Program-made: the position numbers and the translations under genes
In this document: positions 1-9,526 of the stretch, one piece after another
Position numbering within the stretch: position 1 is the first letter of the stretch
Layout of the letters: every line of letters begins with the position of its first letter
Virus record (IMG/VR): IMGVR_UViG_3300028797_000105
Origin: an uncultured virus (IMG/VR IMGVR_UViG_3300028797_000105)
Lineage: Duplodnaviria; Heunggongvirae; Uroviricota; Caudoviricetes
Length of the DNA: 64,000 nucleotides
Direction: 5' to 3' (one strand)
Notes under the pieces: model-generated
What the model was told of the DNA's origin: nothing
What the model saw: the letters and a program-made list of their open reading frames with translations, nothing else
The model's database searches: none

Positions 1-182
1 AACAGTTGATTGACAATCTCAATAAAGAGGTTGGTAATATGAAAGGCGTTGCAAGCGTTAGTATCGCACTTGTTTCATTTGGTAAAAACGAAAAGGGCGA
101 GGAAGTTCCAGCTGCATACGATACTGAAAAGAAACAATGGGAGGAAACCTCACTTGAAATTAAGGACAGAACTATGAAATAA
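1..182 (+). CDS. 3' end of a hypothetical protein (truncated by window edge)
   Basis: Open frame ...QLIDNLNKEVGNMKG...EIKDRTMK* ending TAA at 180-182, followed by a terminator. Confidence 0.6.
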   Translation, partial: QLIDNLNKEVGNMKGVASVSIALVSFGKNEKGEEVPAAYDTEKKQWEETSLEIKDRTMK

Positions 183-202
183 TGGCAGTCCAATGTATAG
201 AA

Positions 203-240
203 AAAGAAAAGGCTCAATTAAATTGAGCCTTTTTTGTTTT
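203..240. terminator. Bidirectional rho-independent terminator
   Basis: AAAAGGCTCAAT-TAA-ATTGAGCCTTTTTT hairpin with A/T tracts between convergent genes. Confidence 0.8.
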
Positions 241-247
241 TCAGATT

Positions 248-790
248 TTAATACCTTATTCCATATTGACCGCCAAGGTCGTATGTTGTTTCACCCCTTG
301 AAACACCCATATAGTCGTTGAATCGGTAGCCGTAGTTGATGAACGGAACGTCTGGCTTGCTCAAAACCATATTATCCACATTGACATCCTTTGAATATAC
401 GAGGTTCTTGTCCGAACATTCATTTTGTAAGTCTTTTAGCTTGTTTTTGTCAAGCATATCTTTCGGATTCAGTTTCGGGTTGTAAATGTAGGTTATGTTG
501 TTGATTAGTACATCTTCAATTTCTATGAAGTCGCAACTGCCGTTATAGTATGACACAAGGACTTTTTTCATACCTTTCATATGCTTTTTGTCGGCATCGG
601 TTATTGTGTCACGCCATTTCAAATCATTGACATATTGTTTTATGTTGCTTTTGTCGGCCAGACAAATCCAATACTGGTAGTTTTTTTCACTTCCGTTTTT
701 GGAATATACAACCACCATACCTTCTTCAATAGTGTTGAGGGTTATGGATTCATTTAATTTTGAAAATTCATTATATGACAATACTTTCAT
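248..790 (-). CDS. Hypothetical late/virion protein
   Basis: Likely start MKVLSYNEFSKLNES at 790 (TAATG overlap with the upstream gene); capsid-targeting-like N-terminus. Confidence 0.6.
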   Translation of the reverse strand: MKVLSYNEFSKLNESITLNTIEEGMVVVYSKNGSEKNYQYWICLADKSNIKQYVNDLKWRDTITDADKKHMKGMKKVLVSYYNGSCDFIEIEDVLINNITYIYNPKLNPKDMLDKNKLKDLQNECSDKNLVYSKDVNVDNMVLSKPDVPFINYGYRFNDYMGVSRGETTYDLGGQYGIRY

Positions 791-1191
791 TATGCGAAAC
801 GAATGTTTACTGTAATTGTGGAGAGGTCTCCGAACTCGTCTTTGCACATATTGAAGAACTCTCTTGCGCCTTCACACATCTGCTCATCTGTGATGACCTT
901 GTATTCATCAAGGGTTGTATCCTTGACTTCCATTGTTGATGGCCTCATATCAGCAAGCAGATTAGGCTTAAAGTTTGGCGGCATAACAAGCAGTACAATA
1001 TTTGCTGTGCAATCTGACATAGGCATATCTGATGTTCCAGATATGTCAATACGGCAGGAATTGCCGTCTTTCTTTGCAACCATATAAGCATTGTCGCCTT
1101 TGTGCGTGCTCATATTAAGCATAACTTCACTGATAAGAGATTTGATGTCAATCCCGTACTGTTTTGTAAATTCTTGGAATTTCTGTATCAT
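790..1191 (-). CDS. Hypothetical late protein
   Basis: 133-aa ORF starting MIQKFQEF, preceded by TATAAATA (1213-1220, minus strand). Confidence 0.6.
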   Translation of the reverse strand: MIQKFQEFTKQYGIDIKSLISEVMLNMSTHKGDNAYMVAKKDGNSCRIDISGTSDMPMSDCTANIVLLVMPPNFKPNLLADMRPSTMEVKDTTLDEYKVITDEQMCEGAREFFNMCKDEFGDLSTITVNIRFA

Positions 1192-1257
1192 TGTTGAATT
1201 ATTTTGTTGTATTATTTATAAAAACAAAAAGAGGCTTTTGTGTGCCTCTTTTTTAAA

Positions 1258-2661
1258 TTATTTTTCAAATGGTTTGAACTTGTTGCAGACATATTCGTGA
1301 CCGAAATCGTCAGTGTGCGGGTCAAGCGTGTCGCAGCCGTCTGCGCACCCGTTGTTTTTCAAAAACCTACAATTTGCACACCGAAACACATTCCGTAAGG
1401 TATCAACATAGTCAAGTTTTTCCCATCCGAAAAATGTAACTTCCTTTACGGTTTTTCCGCTTGCCTCGTCATACCAAGTGAATGCGTCATTGTAGAGCAC
1501 TTCAACTTCTTTTGTGTATGATGGCCTACCGAAATGTCCATAAGTTGCGGTTTCCTCAAAAATGGGGTTTTTCAGCCCAAACCTTTTTACAATGTCATAC
1601 GGCATTAACGGGAATATCTTGGCCAATTCGTTGGCAAATTCTCCGTCAGTCATATCAAGTTTCAATGTGCCATACGTGTTCACATAAAAACTAACTGGTT
1701 TTGCAATACCTATCGCATAAGAAATTTGCACAAGAATCTTGTCACACAGACCAGCGGCGACAACATTTTTGGCTATGTGCCGTGCTGCGTATGCTGCGGA
1801 ACGGTCAACTTTTGACGAGTCTTTCCCGCTGAACGCACCGCCTCCGTGGGCACAATGACCGCCATAGGTATCAACGACAATCTTTCGGCCAGTAAGCCCA
1901 GTGTCTCCAGCAGGACCACCGATGACAAATCTCCCAGTCGGATTTACGATAAACTTCCAGTCATTCCTATTGAGCAAATCTTGAATGTTTTTTGAACTTT
2001 GTTCTTTTGTCCATCTGATAACGTAATCAAGCAAATCATCTTTTATTTGTTTTTGCATAACTTCGTCATTGCCATCAAATTCATCGTGCTGAACGGAAAT
2101 CAGAATTGTGTCTATTTTTTCTGGAATGCCGTCATCTGAATACTGCATTGTGACTTGGCATTTCGCATCTGGACGAAGATACGGCATATTGTTATGGTTC
2201 TTTCGTTCAAGTTCAAGACAAAGCATAATTGTATTGGAAAGTTCCGCAGTGATTGGCATATAATTATCGGTTTCGTTGCAGGCGTAGCCGAACATAATGC
2301 CTTGGTCGCCAGCACCCTGCATATCAAGACCTTTATCGTTGAGCACGCCTTGTGCTATGTCTGGCGACTGCGTGTGTATTGACGATACAATTCCGCAGGA
2401 TTTTGAATCAAATCCGTATTCGCTTTTCGTATAACCGATATTTTCAATCGTTTTGCGAACAACATCATCAACAGACACGTTGCCTTTTGATGTGATTTCG
2501 CCAGCACAGACAACAAGTCCCGTTGTAACGAGAGTTTCGCAAGCGACTCGTGCATTGGGGTCGCATTTCAAGTGAGCGTCCAATATGGCATCCGAAATCT
2601 GGTCGCAGATTTTGTCTGGATGTCCGCTCGATACCGATTCTGAAGTAAACAGATAACTCAT
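1258..2661 (-). CDS. metK: S-adenosylmethionine synthetase
   Basis: FTSESVSSGHPDK, GAGDQG, GGGAFSGKD, KVDRSAAY, YGHFGR motifs; extra Cys-rich C-tail. Confidence 0.97.
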   Translation of the reverse strand: MSYLFTSESVSSGHPDKICDQISDAILDAHLKCDPNARVACETLVTTGLVVCAGEITSKGNVSVDDVVRKTIENIGYTKSEYGFDSKSCGIVSSIHTQSPDIAQGVLNDKGLDMQGAGDQGIMFGYACNETDNYMPITAELSNTIMLCLELERKNHNNMPYLRPDAKCQVTMQYSDDGIPEKIDTILISVQHDEFDGNDEVMQKQIKDDLLDYVIRWTKEQSSKNIQDLLNRNDWKFIVNPTGRFVIGGPAGDTGLTGRKIVVDTYGGHCAHGGGAFSGKDSSKVDRSAAYAARHIAKNVVAAGLCDKILVQISYAIGIAKPVSFYVNTYGTLKLDMTDGEFANELAKIFPLMPYDIVKRFGLKNPIFEETATYGHFGRPSYTKEVEVLYNDAFTWYDEASGKTVKEVTFFGWEKLDYVDTLRNVFRCANCRFLKNNGCADGCDTLDPHTDDFGHEYVCNKFKPFEK

Positions 2662-2671
2662 AATTCTTATA

Positions 2672-3280
2672 CTAATTACAATAAACTAATGTCGGGTTGT
2701 TTTTGTGGACTTGGATTTTGTATCTTTGCATAAAGTCATACATATTGAACGGAGATGTGAGAATGTGAGTGCCGTTCTTTGTTTCGTTCACAAGTTTAAT
2801 CTTGTTTTCAACATCTGGTTTCAATGAGTTGATGAACTCACAAACATCATTCACAAAAACGGAACGTTCAACATCACCAAATTGTTCGGTGACTTCATCC
2901 CAGTCAATGTCAATTACCCAGATTGCGTTTTTAGAGCCAGCAGCACCAGCGACAGAATCAAAAATCTTATACGGCTTGTAAAAGTTTTCGTTTGAAATTC
3001 TGTCGGCAAACTCTTTCAAGCAGGCAAGCGTGCATTTCTTGAAAGACTTTCTGTTCGGATTGAGATAAATCCTTGCGTTTTTCTTGTCTGCAAGTTCAAC
3101 CAAATCGTCTTTCAGTTCAAGCAACTGGTCTTTTCTGTGCAGGTACACGGTTTTCAAGGCAACGGAATTTTTGTCCATTTCTGGATTTTCTTTTCTGCGC
3201 CTCATAACTTGAAGCATATAAAAATCGTCTTCGCTTTCAAATTCAAGGATTGAATTTAGTTTTTCAAAATTATCTACCAT
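2672..3280 (-). CDS. Hypothetical phage protein
   Basis: 202-aa ORF tightly packed in the operon; WVIDID and TKNGTHIL motifs suggest an enzyme. Confidence 0.7.
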   Translation of the reverse strand: MVDNFEKLNSILEFESEDDFYMLQVMRRRKENPEMDKNSVALKTVYLHRKDQLLELKDDLVELADKKNARIYLNPNRKSFKKCTLACLKEFADRISNENFYKPYKIFDSVAGAAGSKNAIWVIDIDWDEVTEQFGDVERSVFVNDVCEFINSLKPDVENKIKLVNETKNGTHILTSPFNMYDFMQRYKIQVHKNNPTLVYCN

Positions 3281-3286
3281 AACAAT

Positions 3287-3505
3287 TTAATTATAAAATG
3301 ATTCGATGCATTTAAGTGTTTCGTTGTCTTTACACGGGCAAAGACTTTCGTCCCTGCAAAGAATTTCATCATCAGATGAACTTCTCAACGCTTGTGCGTG
3401 ACAGTATAAGCATTTGCCGTAAGGCACTTGGTATGATTCCAGTTTCACTTTTCTGTATGTGCCGACATACCATAATTTCTTGAAGAATTTTTTTAAAAAG
3501 CCCAT
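3287..3505 (-). CDS. Small Cys-rich hypothetical protein
   Basis: 72-aa ORF directly downstream of a host-type promoter. Confidence 0.6.
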   Translation of the reverse strand: MGFLKKFFKKLWYVGTYRKVKLESYQVPYGKCLYCHAQALRSSSDDEILCRDESLCPCKDNETLKCIESFYN

Positions 3506-3531
3506 TATAATGCCGTTATATTATTACGCCA

Positions 3532-3597
3532 CAAAAATACAACATTTTTCAATAGAAAACAACCTATATGAAAAAAGTTATCAACAAAGTTATCAAC
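3532..3597 (-). promoter_or_regulatory. Host-type (Bacteroidetes -7 box) promoter with upstream tandem 12-mer, copy 1 of 9
   Basis: TATTTTTG (TAnnTTTG) at 3532-3539 plus TGTTGATAACTT x2 about 44 nt upstream. Confidence 0.75.
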
Positions 3598-4805
3598 TAC
3601 CAGAGTTTCTGTTCGGCTGCGTTCATTGAACTGACGGCCTCCATATTTTCTTGTGTGTTCGGTCTTATGCCAGCATTTGGCCTTAATGGTTGCATACCAA
3701 TACGGGCTTCGGCATCGGCAAGCAGAACTGGCTCATCGCTGCCCTCACGATATATGTGGCCTTCTTCGGAAATACGCATACGCTTGTATTCAATATTCAT
3801 AACCATTTTGTTGTTCTTTCCGTGTCCGTCCCTTATCTTCAATATCTTCAACAGATATGTGTTGCTCGTGCGCATATCGGAATCTTGAATGATACCGAGC
3901 ATTGTGTCGCAAGTGTGCAACAGACCAGCGGATTCGGCAATGTTTCCGACAGTTATGTCATCTGAATCAAACGCACCTCTGTTTGTCTGTGTTGCTGTAA
4001 CAATCAAGCATTCCTGCCTTACCGCTATTGCACGCAAGTCCTCCGAAATTTGTTTTATCTTGTTATATAAATCCTCCGAATTTATATTTCGGTAGTTTGC
4101 CATAATGTTTATATAGTCAATGACCACAACATCAACCTTGAAACCGAGTGTTTCTTGTATGGTCTTTATATAGTTTTCAACATCAATGGTGGTACAGCAG
4201 GAAGTCGGAAATTCCCTAATGAACAGTCTTCCGAGAGGCGTATATTGTTCACGTCTTATGTCTGCAAGTTTCTGTCCGATATATTCGGAATCCTTTGACA
4301 ATTTGTCGTATTCATCAATGTTTATGTCAAGGAAGTTAGCACCCATACGCTTGATTACCTTCTTTGCACTCATCTCACAAGTGATGAACACAACGTTCTT
4401 TCCGCTTCGCATAAAATTGACGGCATCGTTACATAAGAATATACTGTTATGACACAAAAAGCCGTTCACATAATATCTGTGTTCTTCAGTGCCGACCTCT
4501 ATGTCGTACATATTTTCGCAGTCCGTTGTCTTGATGACAGATGTAACAAGTTCAACACCGTCTTCCGTTTGTATGTAGTCTGGCCGTGTTGCACGATTGA
4601 GGTCTTTTGCGTAAACCTCATCAAATTCGGTGTCAAAGAATATATGTGTGTCGGCGCAACGTATGGTCTTGCCACGTTCTGTCGTAACATTGTAAACATC
4701 GTATGGTATTGTCTGGCCGATTTTATTTATTGGAGCAAAACCTTTGTCGGTCAAAACTTCCCAATCATCAATGTCAAAAACTTCTGTAAATTTTCTGTCT
4801 TCCAT
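3597..4805 (-). CDS. gp41/DnaB-family replicative helicase, C-terminal half, fused to a 120-aa split C-intein
   Basis: aa1-120 intein blocks (CADTH, MYDIEV, YYVNGFLCHN/S); then SF4 helicase motifs FITCEM, VVVIDY, ATQTNR, IAES, KIRDG; lacks the N-domain and the Walker A GK. Confidence 0.9.
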   Translation of the reverse strand: MEDRKFTEVFDIDDWEVLTDKGFAPINKIGQTIPYDVYNVTTERGKTIRCADTHIFFDTEFDEVYAKDLNRATRPDYIQTEDGVELVTSVIKTTDCENMYDIEVGTEEHRYYVNGFLCHNSIFLCNDAVNFMRSGKNVVFITCEMSAKKVIKRMGANFLDINIDEYDKLSKDSEYIGQKLADIRREQYTPLGRLFIREFPTSCCTTIDVENYIKTIQETLGFKVDVVVIDYINIMANYRNINSEDLYNKIKQISEDLRAIAVRQECLIVTATQTNRGAFDSDDITVGNIAESAGLLHTCDTMLGIIQDSDMRTSNTYLLKILKIRDGHGKNNKMVMNIEYKRMRISEEGHIYREGSDEPVLLADAEARIGMQPLRPNAGIRPNTQENMEAVSSMNAAEQKLW

Positions 4806-4824
4806 CTTAAAAATTCTCTGTACT

Positions 4825-4832
4825 TATAAATA
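4825..4832 (+). promoter_or_regulatory. T4-like late promoter
   Basis: TATAAATA 37 nt before ATG 4862. Confidence 0.55.
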
Positions 4833-4861
4833 ATAAAAAACGAGAAAAAATATTCAGAAAA

Positions 4862-4975
4862 ATGGATGTTTATGACGAATACGGCAACAGCGGCGAATGT
4901 CCGTGCGGCGGATGCTCTGATTGGCCGAACTGCGGAGGGTGCGCAGTAAATCCAATTTATGATTCAAATAACTAA
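4862..4975 (+). CDS. 37-aa Cys-rich micro-protein (not in ORF track)
   Basis: MDVYDEYGNSGECPCGGCSDWPNCGGCAVNPIYDSNN*; A-rich leader; fills the gap before 4987. Confidence 0.55.
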   Translation: MDVYDEYGNSGECPCGGCSDWPNCGGCAVNPIYDSNN

Positions 4976-4986
4976 AACCAATTTTT

Positions 4987-5550
4987 ATGTCAAAAAAACT
5001 TATAAGTTACAGATTGAAGGACACGTTGCCCTACAATTTCAAAGACGAGGAAATGTTCAATGACTATATGTCTGAACTGGCAGACAAGGTGTCTGCCTGC
5101 AAAGAAAAATTCACATCACTCGCAATTTCTGTACCGAATGATATTTGCCCGAAATCAACAAATGACCCGCTGTCTTATGTTGCGGATATGTGCGAGCGTT
5201 ATATGGAGGACTTCAATGCGATAATCGGACAATACTCGCAATGCGTTATAATCAGCGACTGCTCTGACAAATTGTTCAAGACTAACATTGAGTTTGTTGT
5301 ATCAAGCGAAATTGAAACTTATGAACAAGCCGAGAAACTGACAAATGAGCTTCTGCTCCGTGAGGGCGATGCTGTAAATAAACTTAAAGCGTTGTTCTAT
5401 GCAACGCCAAACTCCATAGTGAATGGAAACATAAATCCGTTTGACTATGTTATTGGAAAAACAACGGAATATTTTGACGAACTCCTTGAAATAAGGGAGC
5501 AGTTGGAATCCGTTGCGCTTCTGATAGACAATCTTGCATTAAAAGAATAA
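4987..5550 (+). CDS. Hypothetical protein with apparent internal duplication
   Basis: PNDI..NDPLSYV..CERYMEDF resembles PNSI..INPFDYV..TTEYFDEL. Confidence 0.7.
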   Translation: MSKKLISYRLKDTLPYNFKDEEMFNDYMSELADKVSACKEKFTSLAISVPNDICPKSTNDPLSYVADMCERYMEDFNAIIGQYSQCVIISDCSDKLFKTNIEFVVSSEIETYEQAEKLTNELLLREGDAVNKLKALFYATPNSIVNGNINPFDYVIGKTTEYFDELLEIREQLESVALLIDNLALKE

Positions 5551-5628
5551 AGTAAAAGCAACCGATGTTTAACCTATAATTTTGTGTTTTGTGGTTGTAT
5601 AAATAATATACGAAAAAAAAAACTTGTT

Positions 5629-6537
5629 ATGAAAATTTACAAAATCAACGAATGGATGAGCGTTAATGCTCCGAAGTACACTTCAACTTCAACTTCAACA
5701 TCAGATGTATATGACAATGAGCCGTTTGATAAAAGGACAAGTAAGGAGTCTGATGAAAAATTTGATAAAGCGTCTGATGGTAAATATCATCCGCAAACAA
5801 AAGATGAATTGAAAAAAATCATATCAAAGATTTTTAAAAGTGATGGGTATGAATGTGATTTGAATATCATTGATACCTCAAAAATAACTGATATGAGTCA
5901 TTTGTTTTCCCATACTGAATTTATTGGAGACATATCAGAATGGGATGTATCCAATGTTAAGAATATGTCTTATATGTTTAGCAGTAATCACTTTAATGGG
6001 GATATATCAAAATGGGATGTGTCAAATGTAACTGATATGAGTCATATGTTTGATTTTTCAAGTTTTAATGGCGATATATCTAATTGGAATGTTAGCAAAG
6101 TTAATTATATGAAACTTATGTTTAACCAGTCTATTTTTAATAAAGACATATCAAAATGGGATGTATCCAATGTTTATAATATGGAAGGTATGTTTAATTT
6201 AAGTAGGTTTAATGGTGATATTTCTGAATGGGATGTTAAACTTGTTGGCTGTATGGGTTATATGTTCGCCGATTCAAAATTTAACGGTGATATATCTAAA
6301 TGGAATGTGAAAAATGTTAAAGATATGAGCTCAATGTTTTATCATTCAATGTTCAACGGTGACATATCAAATTGGAATGTTTCAAACGTGGTTGATATGG
6401 AAGAAATGTTTTGCCGTTCAAAGTTTAATGGGGATATTTCAAAATGGGATGTTGAAAAGGTAAGAAGACATTACGATATTTTTAAAGATGCTCCTATTGA
6501 GAAACATCCAGAAAGACAACCGAAATTTATGCAATAA
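5629..6537 (+). CDS. BspA-like/PARCEL (DUF285) repeat protein
   Basis: About 9 tandem 22-aa repeats FNGDISxWDVSNVxxMxxMF; TATAAATA at 5598-5605; likely start MKIYKINEW. Confidence 0.88.
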   Translation: MKIYKINEWMSVNAPKYTSTSTSTSDVYDNEPFDKRTSKESDEKFDKASDGKYHPQTKDELKKIISKIFKSDGYECDLNIIDTSKITDMSHLFSHTEFIGDISEWDVSNVKNMSYMFSSNHFNGDISKWDVSNVTDMSHMFDFSSFNGDISNWNVSKVNYMKLMFNQSIFNKDISKWDVSNVYNMEGMFNLSRFNGDISEWDVKLVGCMGYMFADSKFNGDISKWNVKNVKDMSSMFYHSMFNGDISNWNVSNVVDMEEMFCRSKFNGDISKWDVEKVRRHYDIFKDAPIEKHPERQPKFMQ

Positions 6538-6550
6538 TAAATCCAATATC

Positions 6551-6581
6551 AAAAAAGGAGAGCAAATCGCTCTCCTTTTTT
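6551..6581. terminator. Bidirectional terminator
   Basis: AAAAAAGGAGAGC-AAATC-GCTCTCCTTTTTT. Confidence 0.8.
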
Positions 6582-6588
6582 GTTGTAA

Positions 6589-7104
6589 TTATTTCAGTTT
6601 CTCTTGTATGTCAAACAGAGCGTTCCGAATGATTTTGTCGTGGTCAAACGCCCATTCGTATTTGTCAAGTTCGTCAAGGTCAATAAATCTGATTTCACCG
6701 ACTTCATCCTTTTCGTTGTGTTCGTGTGAAAACTGGCTTTCGTAGAATGACCTTGTTCCATTCAAGAAAATGCCGTACCGCAAAGTGACATTCTGCCGTT
6801 TGTCTTTTGTCGGGTCGGAATTTACATATAACAGATAGACGTTTTCGTTTTTCAAGTCAACGCCAGTTTCCTCATAGGTTTCCCTAACAACGGCTTCCGC
6901 ACCAGATTCGTCAAAGTCCAGATAGCCGCAGCACAGATTCCATTTGCCGATAAGTTCCTTGTCTGGAGTTCCAGTTCCCCTTTGTGATGCGAGTGCATAA
7001 TATCGTCCGTTCTCTTTAAGGATGACAATCGCTACAACGGCGACTGACCTGCTGAACCATCCGAGGAAGTTTCCGTTTTTGTCGTAACATTCTTGGTTTC
7101 TCAT
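6589..7104 (-). CDS. Nudix hydrolase (possibly ADP-ribose pyrophosphatase)
   Basis: Nudix box GYLDFDESGAEAVVRETYEETG; C-terminal AFDH. Confidence 0.9.
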   Translation of the reverse strand: MRNQECYDKNGNFLGWFSRSVAVVAIVILKENGRYYALASQRGTGTPDKELIGKWNLCCGYLDFDESGAEAVVRETYEETGVDLKNENVYLLYVNSDPTKDKRQNVTLRYGIFLNGTRSFYESQFSHEHNEKDEVGEIRFIDLDELDKYEWAFDHDKIIRNALFDIQEKLK

Positions 7105-7105
7105 T

Positions 7106-7318
7106 TTATTTGTGTTTTTTGAAAGTTATTTTCTTGTGTAATTTTGCTGATGGTGTTACGTGCAGTGCAATTATTGTAATGAATATAGCAATCGCTGTTA
7201 TGATTAGCCATAATGCTGGTGTCATCTCATTAAATCTGTTGTGATATACAATCAGACAAGTGAGTGCTGATGCTATTTCTATGCACATTGAAATATCAAG
7301 TATGTTCAGTCTTGTCAT
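7106..7318 (-). CDS. Small membrane protein
   Basis: Two hydrophobic segments, 70 aa. Confidence 0.6.
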   Translation of the reverse strand: MTRLNILDISMCIEIASALTCLIVYHNRFNEMTPALWLIITAIAIFITIIALHVTPSAKLHKKITFKKHK

Positions 7319-7335
7319 AATTCTGTAATTTTATT

Positions 7336-7533
7336 TTACCAACCGATTCCGATTGCCTTGAAAATGCTTACTGCAAATAAAATTCCGAATATGGCTGATG
7401 TTACAATCAATGCACCATAGATAATCAAGAATATATAAAACTTGAAATCTTTATTGAAATCTCTTATTGCCATAATTTTGAACAATGGTGCGAGTATTGC
7501 CGCTGCTATTGCTATTGCGAGGTATCTAATCAT
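7336..7533 (-). CDS. Small membrane protein
   Basis: Two hydrophobic segments, 65 aa. Confidence 0.6.
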   Translation of the reverse strand: MIRYLAIAIAAAILAPLFKIMAIRDFNKDFKFYIFLIIYGALIVTSAIFGILFAVSIFKAIGIGW

Positions 7534-7714
7534 TTTTTTGTTTGTTTGATGATGTGTTGAAATACAAATATATTGTTCCTAAAATTGCAATTATCATAAT
7601 TGGTAGCCATTTTACGTTTTTGCACTCGTTAACCGTGATGTATAATGATGCACCTATCATTTCGATAAGTAGTGTCAAAACCAAAATGACTGATATGATA
7701 TTTTTCTTATTCAT
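7526..7714 (-). CDS. Small membrane protein
   Basis: Two hydrophobic segments, 62 aa; start overlaps the pncB stop. Confidence 0.6.
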   Translation of the reverse strand: MNKKNIISVILVLTLLIEMIGASLYITVNECKNVKWLPIMIIAILGTIYLYFNTSSNKQKND

Positions 7715-8907
7715 TAAATTTTGATTTTCAGTTGAAGTCTTGCCATATTGATTTCCGTTGAATCGCCCATATGTTTGCCAGTGTCATCGGAAATTTTGAT
7801 GCAGTTTTCCCAGTCGCTGTTTTCGTCAAGTCTGCACTTCATAAGTTTCATTACGATATTGGCGGGTTTCCAGCTTACTGGTGTGTCGTTGGTAAGGTTA
7901 GTTCCAATACCGAAACTAACTTTGCATTTGTCCTTGAAATGTTCGTAAATTCTTTTTGCCTTTTCAAAGTCAAGTGCGTTGCTGAACACAATGACTTTGC
8001 TTTTTGGGTCAATTCCGAATGATTCAAGTTTTGCGAGAATTTTCTCACCGACCACAATCTCATCACCGCTGTCTTGTCTGAAACCAGAAAGAAGGTGCGC
8101 CTGCTTTTTGGTAAGTGTGTTGAGAAATGAATCTGTGGTGTATGTGTCAATGAGCGCAGTACCAAGGTCGCCTTGATACACATCAATCCAGTCTTCAAGG
8201 CTCAAGAAGTTGGCACGCTTGTAACCGAATGTAGCCCCGTGGAACATAACCCATTCGTGCGGAAATGTGCCGATTGGTTTCATCCCATAAGTCATAGCGA
8301 AATATACGTTTGATGTTCCGACACAAGTTTTTGATTCGTTCTCTAATGTTTCAACAATGCCTTGGTGGAATATTCCGCTATAACGTCTGCGTGTTCCAAA
8401 TTCGCTGAACGGGATTCCGTGAGTATTGGCAAAATCAATTTTTGCTTTAAGTCTGTTGATGATTTCGTTTGGGTGAGGCCATTCGTTGTTTTTGTCTTCA
8501 AGCAGATGGTTTCTGATTTCGGAGTAGAGCGAAAGCACGGCAATTTCATATAAGGTGACTTTGTATAGCTTGTCGGTGGCCGAACATTGGAACACGCCGT
8601 TTTTGTCAAATCCGTATTTCATTTTTTTCGGGTCAAACGAGAATGTTTCAAGCCATTCCCAATAGTTTTGGGGAATGTATGGAATGTTCTTGATGCACCA
8701 TTCCTTTTCATTTGGGGTAAGGCGGTATTGCGACAGCCATTTGATGCTTTTGCCAAAGTTGCTGCGGATTTTTTTCTGGTCTTCCTTACTCCATTTTTCT
8801 TGGTTTCTGTCGTTGAAAACAAATTCGCCTTCCGCTTTCGGATAAAGTTTGAAATAGGCGTAACTTGTGCTGAACTTGTACAAGTCGGTGTCTAAAATGC
8901 TGTTCAT
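7714..8907 (-). CDS. pncB: Nicotinate phosphoribosyltransferase
   Basis: SILDTDLYK, SEFGTRRR, GTSNV, GTFPHEW, RQDSGD, FGIGTNL, KISDD motifs; likely start at 8907. Confidence 0.95.
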   Translation of the reverse strand: MNSILDTDLYKFSTSYAYFKLYPKAEGEFVFNDRNQEKWSKEDQKKIRSNFGKSIKWLSQYRLTPNEKEWCIKNIPYIPQNYWEWLETFSFDPKKMKYGFDKNGVFQCSATDKLYKVTLYEIAVLSLYSEIRNHLLEDKNNEWPHPNEIINRLKAKIDFANTHGIPFSEFGTRRRYSGIFHQGIVETLENESKTCVGTSNVYFAMTYGMKPIGTFPHEWVMFHGATFGYKRANFLSLEDWIDVYQGDLGTALIDTYTTDSFLNTLTKKQAHLLSGFRQDSGDEIVVGEKILAKLESFGIDPKSKVIVFSNALDFEKAKRIYEHFKDKCKVSFGIGTNLTNDTPVSWKPANIVMKLMKCRLDENSDWENCIKISDDTGKHMGDSTEINMARLQLKIKI

Positions 8908-8912
8908 TTTTG

Positions 8913-9503
8913 TTATTTTTTTGATTTGAAAATTTCTTTCGGGATAATTGTGGTGTCCTTGATTATGTTTATATGGCAGGATTCCATTGTTCTTATGGCC
9001 GCACAATGGTTTTCAAGCGTGCTTCCTGCGCAGCATTTTTCAATGACATACACTTCTGAATCCAATATGCTCTTTACTGTCATAGCCGTACTCACGACAC
9101 AGATGTCCGTACAGAATCCGCAGATGAACACATTGTCGTTTCTGTCCGTTATGCCGATGTGCTTCCATAGTTCTACGGAGTCTGGTGCAAACCTTGATTT
9201 CTGGAGGAACGAAACGTTGCTGTGCCAATACAACGCTTGATATAAACTCTCGTTCAGTTTCCATCCCCAAGTTCCTTCTATGCAGTGTTTGACTGGGAGA
9301 TGCCTGCCTTCCGTTGTGTCCAGATAATGATGAACATAGTGCGTGTCCATTGTGCAGACTATCTTGTCAAAAACGACATTGTTGTCGTTATTGACAAGTT
9401 CCAATATGTGTTTTACTGTTTTACAACAATCTTCGTTTTGCAAAGCACCTTTGCCGTGGCAGAAGTCATTTTGCGCATCAACAATGATTAGGACGTTTTT
9501 CAT
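8913..9503 (-). CDS. pncA: Nicotinamidase (isochorismatase family)
   Basis: LIIVDAQNDF, DTH, HCIEGTWG, GFCTDICV; adjacent to pncB. Confidence 0.9.
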   Translation of the reverse strand: MKNVLIIVDAQNDFCHGKGALQNEDCCKTVKHILELVNNDNNVVFDKIVCTMDTHYVHHYLDTTEGRHLPVKHCIEGTWGWKLNESLYQALYWHSNVSFLQKSRFAPDSVELWKHIGITDRNDNVFICGFCTDICVVSTAMTVKSILDSEVYVIEKCCAGSTLENHCAAIRTMESCHINIIKDTTIIPKEIFKSKK

Positions 9504-9526
9504 TCTTTTGATTTTTTATTACGCCG

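Noticed and set aside
5860..6460. Diversity-generating retroelement target in the PARCEL repeats
   Set aside because: No reverse transcriptase and no template/variable repeat pair with adenine-specific differences was seen.
8907..9006. Extended N-termini given by the ORF track (pncB, nrdG, 248-847, 44869-45525 and others)
   Set aside because: They overlap neighbouring genes; downstream ATGs with A-rich leaders fit the family N-termini or operon packing better.
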